A stretch of 64,000 nucleotides of DNA from a virus. Lineage: Duplodnaviria; Heunggongvirae; Uroviricota; Caudoviricetes; Demerecviridae. Shown here piece after piece: positions 26,982 through 34,921 of the stretch; within the stretch, counting starts at the first letter, position 1; every line of letters begins with the position of its first letter. The position numbers and the translations under genes were made by a program. Under the pieces are notes generated by a model that was given only the letters and a program-made list of their open reading frames with translations, made no database searches and was not told the origin of the DNA. The stretch is taken from IMG/VR virus record IMGVR_UViG_2974599810_000001, positions 7,425 to 71,424 of that record. The stretch is one strand, 5' to 3'.

Positions 26982-27261
26982 CTACATTTTTTAAGAATTT
27001 GATGCCTTTCTTTTTCTTCTTATATTTCCATGTTAAGGGATTCTGTCGATTATGAACGCTTGAGATCTTCGTCTCGTCAAAGTTCTTCAATATCATGTAA
27101 TCACAAGATAATTGTTCTAGTGGAATGTGATCACCGTCAAAAGCGTATACATAAGGCTGTTGACTAGCACGATAATGATAGACTTTGTTAATTCTACGTT
27201 TCAGCGACTTATCAGCGCAGTAAATAAAGAAGTTTTCAGGATGCATCAGCAGCTCCTTCAA
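26974..27261 (-). CDS. hypothetical basic protein (95 aa)
   Basis: ORF. Confidence 0.45.
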   Translation of the reverse strand: MKELLMHPENFFIYCADKSLKRRINKVYHYRASQQPYVYAFDGDHIPLEQLSCDYMILKNFDETKISSVHNRQNPLTWKYKKKKKGIKFLKNVVA

Positions 27262-27263
27262 TT

Positions 27264-27338
27264 TGGTGCACCCTGTTCGAATCGAACGAACCTCTCAAGC
27301 TCTTCAGGCAAGCGCTAATCCATCTCAGCTAAAGGTGC
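27264..27338 (-). tRNA. tRNA-Phe-like (GAA); anticodon stem contains two U-U mismatches
   Basis: Acceptor GCACCTT/AGGGTGC, A73, anticodon loop CTGAAGA, T-arm GTTCG-TTCGATT-CGAAC. Confidence 0.45.
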
Positions 27339-27344
27339 AAATTT

Positions 27345-27421
27345 TGGCAAACCTACTAGGACTCGAACCTAGACCGTACGGTTTTGGAGACCGACATGCT
27401 GTCCAGTAACACTCTAGGAAT
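27345..27421 (-). tRNA. tRNA-Trp-like (CCA); acceptor stem has two U-U mismatches (possible pseudogene)
   Basis: Anticodon arm TCGGT-CTCCAAA-ACCGT, D-arm GTGT..GCAT, T-arm CTAGG-TTCGAGT-CCTAG, G73, CCA encoded. Confidence 0.45.
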
Positions 27422-27429
27422 GCAGAAAT

Positions 27430-27506
27430 TGGCGTCCTGTGCGGGGATCGAACCCGCAAATCCTACCTTGAAAGGGTAGTGACTTTACCAGTTTGTCTAA
27501 CAGGAC
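27430..27506 (-). tRNA. tRNA-Glu (UUC)
   Basis: Acceptor GTCCTGT/ACAGGAC, anticodon arm CTACC-CTTTCAA-GGTAG, T-arm GCGGG-TTCGATC-CCCGC. Confidence 0.7.
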
Positions 27507-27512
27507 TTAAAT

Positions 27513-27600
27513 TGGTGGGGAAAGATGGAGTCGAACCACCCGAGTCGCAATGACAACTGATTTACAGTCAGCTCTGCTACCACTTACAGAATATTTCCCC
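27513..27600 (-). tRNA. tRNA-Tyr (GUA), class II
   Basis: Acceptor GGGGAAA/TTTCCCC, A73, anticodon arm GCTGA-CTGTAAA-TCAGT, long variable arm, T-arm GGTGG-TTCGACT-CCATC. Confidence 0.65.
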
Positions 27601-27731
27601 ATATTTAGAAGTATTCAAAAAATTCTAATTTAAACACTTTTAAATATGTTTCCAAATTAGATAAATATTATACCAAGTTTTAAGGCACTGAGCAAGTCAA
27701 ATTTTAAAGAACTTGCTCAGTGCTGTATTAG

Positions 27732-28007
27732 TTAGTCGAACTTAGGAGTGACAGTTAAGGAAAACGGAAGTTCGAAAACTTCTTCCCCCTCATCACTAAC
27801 AGTAATTACACGACCTTTAAGTTCAGACATTGAAATATCAATATCAGCTTTTGCATCTGGAGCCATGCCAGCTTCAATACATTTAGCTTTAATTTCCGGC
27901 AGAAGTTCTACATCGTAGAAATAAAGCCATTCAATCTCACCTTCCCAGCCTTCCCAGGATTTACAGATTGCACTTTCAATACCAGCTGCTATAACACGAT
28001 TTTGCAT
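27732..28007 (-). CDS. hypothetical acidic protein (91 aa)
   Basis: ORF downstream of the promoter at 28038. Confidence 0.45.
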   Translation of the reverse strand: MQNRVIAAGIESAICKSWEGWEGEIEWLYFYDVELLPEIKAKCIEAGMAPDAKADIDISMSELKGRVITVSDEGEEVFELPFSLTVTPKFD

Positions 28008-28037
28008 TCGTTAACTCCTTCATCAATTTATATAACT

Positions 28038-28067
28038 ATTATATCAGAAATTTAAAGCAAAAGGCAA
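28038..28067 (-). promoter_or_regulatory. early promoter (TTGCCT-18-TATAAT)
   Basis: Hexamers seen. Confidence 0.5.
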
Positions 28068-28097
28068 GTACATTTTTAAAAATTCTGTTTGGAGGAG

Positions 28098-28304
28098 CTA
28101 AACTCCAGATTCTTCAGCCAAGTCTAGACTAATAAGAGATATAGCCATAATTGCCGCTCCATGCTCTTTTTCTCCAGTCTCTTTAGCTAGAGTTATAATG
28201 TCAAGAAATTGCTTATGAAAATCTGCAACCTCTTGAGTTATACCTGCCTCAGCAATCATGCCTTTAAGCATGAAACGTTGCGCTGTAATTTCAGGATTAG
28301 CCAT
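28098..28304 (-). CDS. hypothetical protein (68 aa)
   Basis: ORF. Confidence 0.4.
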   Translation of the reverse strand: MANPEITAQRFMLKGMIAEAGITQEVADFHKQFLDIITLAKETGEKEHGAAIMAISLISLDLAEESGV

Positions 28305-28479
28305 ATTGTTTCTCCAGTTTCATCTTTAATAGTCTACAAATAAAATCAATGTCTTCATCCGTGCCTAGATCTCTGTCTTCAAGAGTTGCCTTGAAGTTTT
28401 TAGTCAATTCCATGAGAATAACTTCTCTAGAACGACGTGTTGGCGGAGGTGGATGTCTATACATCTTATTTCCTTAATT

Positions 28480-28556
28480 TGGTAGGGGTGGTGGGATTCG
28501 AACCCACAAAACCTGAATTTTAAGTCCAGTACCTATGCCAATTCGATTACACCCCC
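28480..28556 (-). tRNA. tRNA with anticodon UAA (Leu) but class-I architecture (variable loop GTTTT)
   Basis: Acceptor GGGGGTG/CACCCCT, A73, anticodon arm CTGGA-CTTAAAA-TTCAG, T-arm GTGGG-TTCGAAT-CCCAC. Confidence 0.55.
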
Positions 28557-28563
28557 GTGTAGT

Positions 28564-28752
28564 TTAGTCAATTACTTTTGAGGCTTCAAGGTAGTCGATA
28601 TAGTGTACGTTTTCTACCGTAATCATATAATCCGCCACTTTATCCATAGCTTGGGCTTCAGAGGTAGCTCTGGCTAACCTATATCCTTTTTTATATTCAT
28701 CCGGGTATTCTCTATCTTGAATAAACACAACATAAACTATATATAGATCCAT
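28564..28752 (-). CDS. hypothetical protein (62 aa)
   Basis: ORF. Confidence 0.4.
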   Translation of the reverse strand: MDLYIVYVVFIQDREYPDEYKKGYRLARATSEAQAMDKVADYMITVENVHYIDYLEASKVID

Positions 28753-28770
28753 TTGTGACCTCTATTTAAT

Positions 28771-28848
28771 TGGTGGCTCCCCGAGGATTCGAACCTACGT
28801 ACCTTCCGGTTATGAGCCGGGTGCTCATACCATATGAGCTTGAGAACC
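28771..28848 (-). tRNA. tRNA anticodon CAU (third CAU species; T-stem imperfect)
   Basis: Acceptor GGTTCTC/GGGAGCC, D-arm GCTCATA..TATGAGC, anticodon arm CCCGG-CTCATAA-CCGG. Confidence 0.45.
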
Positions 28849-28854
28849 AAAATC

Positions 28855-28943
28855 TGGCGGAAGAAGTGGGAATCGAACCCACAAGGCTATATTTCAAACC
28901 GACAGATTAGCAATCTGCTGCAATACCGTTATGCTATTCTTCC
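28855..28943 (-). tRNA. tRNA-Ser (GCU), class II
   Basis: Acceptor GGAAGAA/TTCTTCC, G73, anticodon arm GCAGA-TTGCTAA-TCTGT, 19-nt variable arm, T-arm GTGGG-TTCGATT-CCCAC. Confidence 0.65.
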
Positions 28944-28964
28944 GAATTTATAAGATATATTATA

Positions 28965-29483
28965 TTAGAAATTTAGCTTCATAGCAAGAAAATTTTTCAA
29001 GTTTTCGGTAGACATCTCATCCACATCTACAGGAGAAACAAAGCCGTTTAATTTTCTAGCAAATTTTTCACCATCGGGATCATTGTCCCCGACAGCTACC
29101 AATTTAAAAGGTAGTAATTTCAGTTGCTTTAATAACGCTTTTCCTGGAGAAGAACCCAACATTGCCAGGGCTGGATAACCCGCATTATGTAACGCAACTG
29201 CCTTAAATACAGATTCAGCAATCAATACTACTTTTTCATCTCCATTGAGAGTTTCTAGTCCCCATACACACTGTGTAGTAGAGTAGGTAAAATATTTAGC
29301 CTCAAAGGGGCATTTACCATGCCCTTTTGGAGCAGAAGGATTATACGTCTGATAGCCCCTCAACATCCCAGAGAAGTCATACAATGGGACTGTTAGCCAC
29401 CCTTCCGGGCTTAACCAGCAATGATATTTATCTGTATCAAATCCTCTAGATAAGAGGTGCTGTGTTAGCTCATCAACATTCAT
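28965..29483 (-). CDS. Toprim-domain protein (about 173 aa from the MNVDEL start)
   Basis: LVAVGDNDPDGEKFA (Toprim DxD) and AESVFKAVAL motifs; internal Met with RBS GAGAGAGGAA; start coordinate +/-1. Confidence 0.5.
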   Translation of the reverse strand: MNVDELTQHLLSRGFDTDKYHCWLSPEGWLTVPLYDFSGMLRGYQTYNPSAPKGHGKCPFEAKYFTYSTTQCVWGLETLNGDEKVVLIAESVFKAVALHNAGYPALAMLGSSPGKALLKQLKLLPFKLVAVGDNDPDGEKFARKLNGFVSPVDVDEMSTENLKNFLAMKLNF

Positions 29484-29514
29484 ATCTGATTCCTCTCTCA
29501 AATTTATAGATATA

Positions 29515-29543
29515 TTATACAGAGAATTTAGCATTCAAGCAAT
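29515..29543 (-). promoter_or_regulatory. conserved early promoter (TTGCTT-17-TATAAT)
   Basis: Hexamers seen. Confidence 0.6.
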
Positions 29544-29660
29544 CAAAATTTTTAATTTTTTAGAGAAAAATCATAGGGCACTTAAGGGTAGCGGATAAGT
29601 GGTGAGGACCAAAATTTGTGACCCCACTAAAAATCCGGGGGCAATTTTTAAAGACCCCTT

Positions 29661-29689
29661 GACATTTTCGCTGGGGTAGTGTAAAGTAT
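29661..29689 (+). promoter_or_regulatory. plus-strand sigma70 promoter (TTGACA-17-TAAAGT) for the low-complexity cassette
   Basis: Consensus -35 with a plausible -10; followed by AGGAGGTG RBS and ATG at 29750. Confidence 0.55.
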
Positions 29690-29749
29690 ATGTTATGGAT
29701 GAGTGATCAAAGAGACACACATTTTCTATATACTAGGAGGTGTCAAAAA

Positions 29750-30742
29750 ATGACAGAAGAAGTAGCTAAGAGTCCTGAGACCGTCGCTAGCGTTGCAGCA
29801 GAACTGCACCGTCACGAGGAATCAGATAAGAAAAAGTGGGAGAAGGTCAGAGCCTACGAAGAGAAACATCGTGAACACGATGAAGATGATGAAGAAGATG
29901 ACGATGATGAGTATTGTCATAAATATGGAAAACGTAAAATGCAAGAACCAGTAAACGTATTCACTAGTGGCTTCCCTGGCCTAATGGGTGGTTACCCAGC
30001 AAACGCAGGTGCTTTTGGTGGTGAAGGTATGGGTCTATTCGGAGCTATCCTAATCGGTGCTCTATTAACAGGCGGATTCGGTGGTTTCGGTGGATTCGGT
30101 GGACGTGGTGTAGTTGGTGATGGTACCGCAGTTGATGCAGTACTTCAGAACCAAGATACCGCTAGTATTCTAGCAGCTATTAACACTACTCGTACAGAAG
30201 CTAATCAGGGTACTGGAGCTGTTTTAAGCGCAGTTAACAATGGTTTTAGCCAGACATCCCAAAACCAGAGCCGTGATACTCAGTCTGTACTAACTACGAT
30301 CTATGGTACAGGTGCTAATCTGTCTAATCAGATCTGTCAGGAAACTCGCAACGTTATTCAGGGTCAGTTCGATCTTTCTCGCCAGATTGATCAATCTTTC
30401 GCAGCTAACCAGATAGCTCGTGCGCAAGATAAGTTTGATTCTGCACAGATCGCTTTCCAGCAGACTTTACAAACTAATAACCAGTTTGCCGCTGTTCAGG
30501 CTCAGATGTGTGCTAACCAGAACTCTCTGGAACGTCAGATCGCTGAATGTTGCTGTGAACTTCAGACTGCGATCGCTGGTGTAACTACTGCGCGTATCCA
30601 GGATGAGTTAGACGCATGTCGCCTACGTGAAGCAATCGCTGCGGGTAGCGGTGCTAACGGTCAGGTAATTAATCAAATCGCTTTAAGTCTTGGTGCTATC
30701 ACTCAGACTCTGGCTGGTCTGCAGGCTAAACTGCCGGCTTAA
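29750..30742 (+). CDS. low-complexity protein (330 aa): acidic N-terminus (DEDDEEDDDDE), glycine-zipper/TM-like segment (GLFGAILIGALLTGGFGGFGGFGG), long Q/N/A/S/T-rich C-terminal region
   Basis: ATG at 29750 with AGGAGGTG RBS, in frame with listed ORF 29690..; host-optimal codons (CTG, CGT, GGT, CAG). Confidence 0.6.
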   Translation: MTEEVAKSPETVASVAAELHRHEESDKKKWEKVRAYEEKHREHDEDDEEDDDDEYCHKYGKRKMQEPVNVFTSGFPGLMGGYPANAGAFGGEGMGLFGAILIGALLTGGFGGFGGFGGRGVVGDGTAVDAVLQNQDTASILAAINTTRTEANQGTGAVLSAVNNGFSQTSQNQSRDTQSVLTTIYGTGANLSNQICQETRNVIQGQFDLSRQIDQSFAANQIARAQDKFDSAQIAFQQTLQTNNQFAAVQAQMCANQNSLERQIAECCCELQTAIAGVTTARIQDELDACRLREAIAAGSGANGQVINQIALSLGAITQTLAGLQAKLPA

Positions 30743-30763
30743 TATTAAGGGGAGGAGCCCATT

Positions 30764-31192
30764 ATGAGTAAATATGGTTTTGTAAATAACGGACTTAATC
30801 AAAGTATGGGCTCCCAGCAGCCCATTCCGGGTCTAGATAACCCCTACTTACAACAATTGCAACAGCGTTTAGCAGAAGCGCAACAGATGCAGCAACAACT
30901 CCAGCAAAACCCTGGAAGTGTGAGTCCTATGCAAATGATGCAGCAAATGAATGGGCAGTCGCAAATGCCCCAACAAATGCAGCAACAGATGCAGCAACAG
31001 ATGCCGCAGCAGCAAGTTCAGCAACAAACCCAACAACCGCAGGTTTCTGCGGAAGGACAGGCAGTACTAGCCCTTTTCGAAGACTTCGCAAAGACAGAGG
31101 ATGGGAAGCAGCTTGTATCACTTATGGGTAAGTTTAATAGCTTCTGCCAAAGCCAAGTTGCAAAAGCTCAAAATGGTGGTAATAACTCCTAA
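30764..31192 (+). CDS. polyQ/M-rich protein (142 aa; QQMQQQMQQQMPQQQVQQQTQQPQ)
   Basis: RBS GGGGAGGAG upstream; extreme Q content. Confidence 0.55.
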   Translation: MSKYGFVNNGLNQSMGSQQPIPGLDNPYLQQLQQRLAEAQQMQQQLQQNPGSVSPMQMMQQMNGQSQMPQQMQQQMQQQMPQQQVQQQTQQPQVSAEGQAVLALFEDFAKTEDGKQLVSLMGKFNSFCQSQVAKAQNGGNNS

Positions 31193-31201
31193 GGAGGAAT
31201 T

Positions 31202-31396
31202 ATGTGTTGCAGAAAATCTGTTTCGTGCTGCCCAATGCCTGTAGCACGTTGTTGCTCTTCAGCAATGTTTACACAAATACCGGCGTTCAATCCGTTTGCC
31301 TTTAAGCCTACTCTTATCCTGCCCCCTAGAGTAGATTTTCAGTCAAGGTTGGCCTCCCGTATGGGTGGTTGCTGTAATAAGAGTATATGGTTCTAA
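31202..31396 (+). CDS. small Cys-rich protein (64 aa; four CC doublets)
   Basis: RBS AAGGAGGAA upstream; MCCRKSVSCCPMPVARCCSS..GGCCNK. Confidence 0.45.
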   Translation: MCCRKSVSCCPMPVARCCSSAMFTQIPAFNPFAFKPTLILPPRVDFQSRLASRMGGCCNKSIWF

Positions 31397-31409
31397 AGAA
31401 CCAAACAAT

Positions 31410-31445
31410 AAAGCCCCTAGTCGAAAGACTTAGGGGCTTTTCTTT
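31410..31445 (+). terminator. rho-independent terminator (AAGCCCCTAG..CTAGGGGCTT + TTTCTTTT)
   Basis: Perfect 10-bp stem plus T-run closing the plus-strand cassette. Confidence 0.7.
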
Positions 31446-31460
31446 TATCTTAAATACAGA

Positions 31461-31495
31461 AAAACCCTGCGCTCTTCAGGGAACGCAGGGCTTAC
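31461..31495 (-). terminator. rho-independent terminator for the minus-strand SPFH gene (GCCCTGCG..CGCAGGG + T-run)
   Basis: Hairpin plus TTTTTC on minus strand; faces the plus-strand terminator. Confidence 0.6.
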
Positions 31496-31516
31496 TTCAG
31501 ATGTTACATGCGGGTA

Positions 31517-32464
31517 TTATTTATTACGCATATCCATGATCATTTGACCATCGTAGCCAGTACCTACCACAGTCTGGGGTACACCACCTTGATATTTCTG
31601 AGCACGAATCATTTCGACTTCCAGTTGCTTCCAGCGAATCATCTCAGGAGTAATGGTACGTTGTAATGCGGCGTTAGCTTCAGCTTCTTTCTTAGCTGCG
31701 TATAGTTTAGCATCTGCGTCACGTTCATTGGCAATAGCTTGGTTGTTGCGGGCTTCACGATCTGCTTCTGCTTGTTTAACTTTTTGCTGTGCTTCCTGCT
31801 CAACACGAGCTAATTCAGCTTTAGCAGCATTAACCTGTTCTTCACGAACTTTGGTATTCTGTACCTGTTCCATGATTACCGGTGGCAAAGTAATATCCTG
31901 AAGGAACACCTGCTTAACTGTGTAACCATATGGGCGTGCGTACTCTTCAACTTCCTGTTGAATTGCAGTTTGCAATTGAGCCTGAATTTTAGCATCAAAC
32001 AAATCTTGTGCTTTAGGTACAGACTTACCAAACTCACGAATAGTAGACAGTAATTTTTCAGTTACATATTTGTCTAACGCTTGATCCTGAGTACCTGCAT
32101 TAATACGGTTAATCGGTGCCTTAGAACCATCAAACTGCAACATAACAGTCAGGTCAACAGTGGATTTAAACTTATCCTGACTAGGAACCTGAAGTTTATC
32201 TAATTTTAGAGCAATATCTTTTGTACTAAAAGTATCGAAAGAAGCAAAAGGATTTACAATATGAAAGCCGGGTAATACTGGATTAGGGTCTACTTTACCC
32301 AGGAAAGTCTGGGTTTTAACAGTACCGTCTTGAACAACAGTATAGGAGTTAAGGGCCAGAACTAAACCTACCAAACCAACTGCAGCACCAATACCCCAAC
32401 GTTTGATATTACGCATCAATTTTTGCTCATAAGTCAGTTCTTTAGTGTTTTTAGTAGCAAACAT
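31517..32464 (-). CDS. SPFH/band-7 (prohibitin/HflK/C-like) membrane protein
   Basis: N-terminal TM, then YTVVQDGTV..FLGKV..LPGFHI..PF band-7 core, long coiled-coil C-terminus. Confidence 0.7.
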   Translation of the reverse strand: MFATKNTKELTYEQKLMRNIKRWGIGAAVGLVGLVLALNSYTVVQDGTVKTQTFLGKVDPNPVLPGFHIVNPFASFDTFSTKDIALKLDKLQVPSQDKFKSTVDLTVMLQFDGSKAPINRINAGTQDQALDKYVTEKLLSTIREFGKSVPKAQDLFDAKIQAQLQTAIQQEVEEYARPYGYTVKQVFLQDITLPPVIMEQVQNTKVREEQVNAAKAELARVEQEAQQKVKQAEADREARNNQAIANERDADAKLYAAKKEAEANAALQRTITPEMIRWKQLEVEMIRAQKYQGGVPQTVVGTGYDGQMIMDMRNK

Positions 32465-32498
32465 ATATTTCCTTTGTTTTAGTTACAGTTAATAAAAT

Positions 32499-32573
32499 TG
32501 GCCGAGGTGACAGGATTCGAACCTGCATAAAGGAATTTAGAAGACTCCTGCCTCTCCCTTAGACTACACCCCG
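32499..32573 (-). tRNA. tRNA-Arg (UCU)
   Basis: Acceptor CGGGGTG/CACCTCG, G73, anticodon arm GGAGT-CTTCTAA-ATTCC, T-arm GCAGG-TTCGAAT-CCTGT. Confidence 0.65.
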
Positions 32574-33370
32574 TTTAAGTATTTTTAAGAACTCTCGTAA
32601 AAACTCTTAAAAATACAGACGATACCGGGAGAGTCATAAGTCTCACTCATTAAGTATTTCAAGACAAAATACGGTAACGTCTATTATTTTCCAGTTTAAG
32701 TCAGGGTGACTTAGTGGTTATGTCCTGCGGTATATTGAGGACTCGGTTAGGCTTGGGGTCATGACTTCCCGCCTTTTGCTGCTACTCAACAGGAGTTATC
32801 GCGAATTACCTGTGATATTGTGCACCATTAGTGACATCTCTCATGTCAGCATTTCCCACTTTGTGGATAGCTTGAAAAACTACTCCGATATGGAGGAAGA
32901 ACTTCACTATCCTAGAATACCTTCTAAAGTTCTTCTTTAGCCTGGACATAGTTAAATCGTAATAAAACTATTCAGCAGACTGGTTGGTTAGTCTGGAACC
33001 AACTACCGCGTGGTTTAGGCAGTGCGCAACTAACCTCGGAAGCTTTTACATTAAAAGCACCAGTTATCCAGTTCTTACCGACCGTAGGATTCGAACCTAC
33101 ATCTTCCACCAGTTACGGCTTGATAATACCAATTATATTAGGACGGCAGTGTTACTACATAAGTGATTTCCACACCCCACTATTTATAAATTAGAGAAGA
33201 GTTTAGGGGAGAGGTTTCAGACGCCTCATTTTACACGTTCTAGCCACTAACCGGGATTGCCGCCCCCTGTGTACTAGTTTTACAACTAACCCACCGACTC
33301 TATTCAATGCGCTCCGGTTGGGATTCTGCACTCAGCGTAATCGGCTCGCTGTTCCCTAATTTATGAATAT

Positions 33371-33399
33371 ATTATACAGAATTTAAATGCATTTAGCAA
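33371..33399 (-). promoter_or_regulatory. conserved early promoter pointing into the 800-nt ORF-free region and tRNA-Arg
   Basis: TTGCTA-17-TATAAT on minus strand. Confidence 0.55.
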
Positions 33400-33407
33400 A
33401 TAAATTT

Positions 33408-33851
33408 TTAATTAAATTCGCCAGCAATCTGAGCAGCAGTACCACCATCATAACGCCCAGGAAATTCTTCCTTAATCGCTTTCATCAGCATACCTTTTGT
33501 AATTCCAGGGTTTAGCTTAACTAATTCTGCAAAGTATTTACGAATCTCAGTATCAGATAACTGAGGAGGCAGATACTCCTGCAACCACTTATTTAGAATG
33601 TATTCATACTGAGCAGACTGCAAGCTATAACTATCAAGATCTTGACCATGAAGTTTAGCTTTCATCTGGTTAATGCTTTTTAGTTGAGCTTTGAGATAAG
33701 ACACAAATTGTTCAGAAGTGATGAAATCTTTATCAATACGCTGAAGATCCCCAATTATGGTCTGATAGCTTTTAGCGACTTCTTTATCAGAACCATTAAA
33801 CTTAGAATCCTGCAAAGCTCTACGCAAAACATCTAAAATATTCTCTTCCAT
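33408..33851 (-). CDS. GatB/YqeY-domain-like protein (147 aa)
   Basis: Helical protein ending ..GRYDGGTAAQIAGEFN, reminiscent of YqeY domain proteins; weak. Confidence 0.4.
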   Translation of the reverse strand: MEENILDVLRRALQDSKFNGSDKEVAKSYQTIIGDLQRIDKDFITSEQFVSYLKAQLKSINQMKAKLHGQDLDSYSLQSAQYEYILNKWLQEYLPPQLSDTEIRKYFAELVKLNPGITKGMLMKAIKEEFPGRYDGGTAAQIAGEFN

Positions 33852-33855
33852 TATT

Positions 33856-34023
33856 TCATTCCTAACGCTTGGTTAAAAGATTGTTCTGTCATAACTGCTG
33901 AGACTTTGGCGAAATCAAACTTTTTAGGGTTCGTAGTGATTTCAGCAACGTTAGAAGTTTTAACAGTTTTCGTAGTACGAATACCGCGAGTGTTAACACC
34001 AATAATTACAACTGATTTCATAC
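33856..34023 (-). CDS. small protein MKSVVIIGVNTRGIRTT.. (about 56 aa, below the track cutoff)
   Basis: Hand translation; RBS GAGAGGAAG upstream; sits between promoter 34053 and gene 33408.. Confidence 0.35.
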
Positions 34024-34052
34024 TTCGCTTCCTCTCATTAATTTATGGAAGT

Positions 34053-34081
34053 ATTATACGGAAATTTAAGTATTTAAGCAA
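34053..34081 (-). promoter_or_regulatory. conserved early promoter
   Basis: TTGCTT-17-TATAAT. Confidence 0.6.
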
Positions 34082-34089
34082 GTAAATTT

Positions 34090-34557
34090 TTAAGTTTTAG
34101 TGACAACAGGTTTATAAAACGTATGTCCCTTAATCTTAGTTGTTTTCTTAAACTTCTTTGTCCAGTAAGGTTTATCTTTACCACTATGGAAGTATAGTGC
34201 TCCATATGTAGGATCTTGTGGTAAATCAACGTAGTATATCACTCTAGCTAAATTCTTAGCGGTTTGCCAAGCCTCATCAGTTTTATCAACTTTTGGTCTC
34301 TTAGATACCCAAGAGAACTGGTTAGACTGATATACTACTTTACAGTAGGAATCTGGGAATTTACCGGAGTTTACACGGTTTTTAGTAACATGTGCAATCG
34401 CCGTCATTCCCTTTATGCCCTCACCACGACTCTCGAAATAGATATTTTTAGCAATGCAATCTATTTCTTTTGCATCGTGCGATGCCTGACTACTAAAGCT
34501 GAAGGTAAGGGCAGCTACTAAAAGCAAAGCTGCCTTCATTCTTTTTACTCCTGCCAA
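34090..34557 (-). CDS. secreted cell-wall hydrolase (SleB/CwlJ Hydrolase_2-like)
   Basis: Signal peptide; NIYFESRGEG..AIAHVTKNR..YQSNQFSW motifs. Confidence 0.6.
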   Translation of the reverse strand: MAGVKRMKAALLLVAALTFSFSSQASHDAKEIDCIAKNIYFESRGEGIKGMTAIAHVTKNRVNSGKFPDSYCKVVYQSNQFSWVSKRPKVDKTDEAWQTAKNLARVIYYVDLPQDPTYGALYFHSGKDKPYWTKKFKKTTKIKGHTFYKPVVTKT

Positions 34558-34862
34558 TCATATTCAACACGATTGGGATTTTCTTTATACCCTAAGTCAA
34601 GCAAATCATTACGCATATTTTGCTTAGCTACTGGGTTCGAGGTTACTAGTACCACTTTCTTTGGTCTCTGCCCAAATTCTAAGAGTAAACGAAGAATTTG
34701 ATAACCTTCCATACCATCTACAGCCAAGTCATTATCCATATAAACGAAATGGCCTGTGGTATCAGTTTTATTCAGAAACTCTACAGCGGCTTCTGGGGTT
34801 CGAATGATAATGTCCATTCCGTGAAGATTACGCACATCATCAATCAAAATATGAAAAGTCAT
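34545..34862 (-). CDS. CheY-like receiver-domain-like protein (105 aa)
   Basis: ILIDDV..DIIIRT..FVYMDNDL..GMEGYQIL..KVVLVTSN pattern resembles the receiver fold; weak. Confidence 0.35.
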   Translation of the reverse strand: MTFHILIDDVRNLHGMDIIIRTPEAAVEFLNKTDTTGHFVYMDNDLAVDGMEGYQILRLLLEFGQRPKKVVLVTSNPVAKQNMRNDLLDLGYKENPNRVEYDWQE

Positions 34863-34892
34863 AATAGCCTCGTTTCATCAATTTAAAAATAT

Positions 34893-34921
34893 ATTATACA
34901 TATAATTTAGTAGATTAGCAA
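34893..34921 (-). promoter_or_regulatory. conserved early promoter
   Basis: TTGCTA-17-TATAAT. Confidence 0.6.

Noticed and set aside
31653-31901. 82-aa plus-strand ORF (Ala/Ser-rich) antisense to the SPFH gene
   Set aside because: Antisense artefact of the Ala/Gln-rich coiled-coil coding region.
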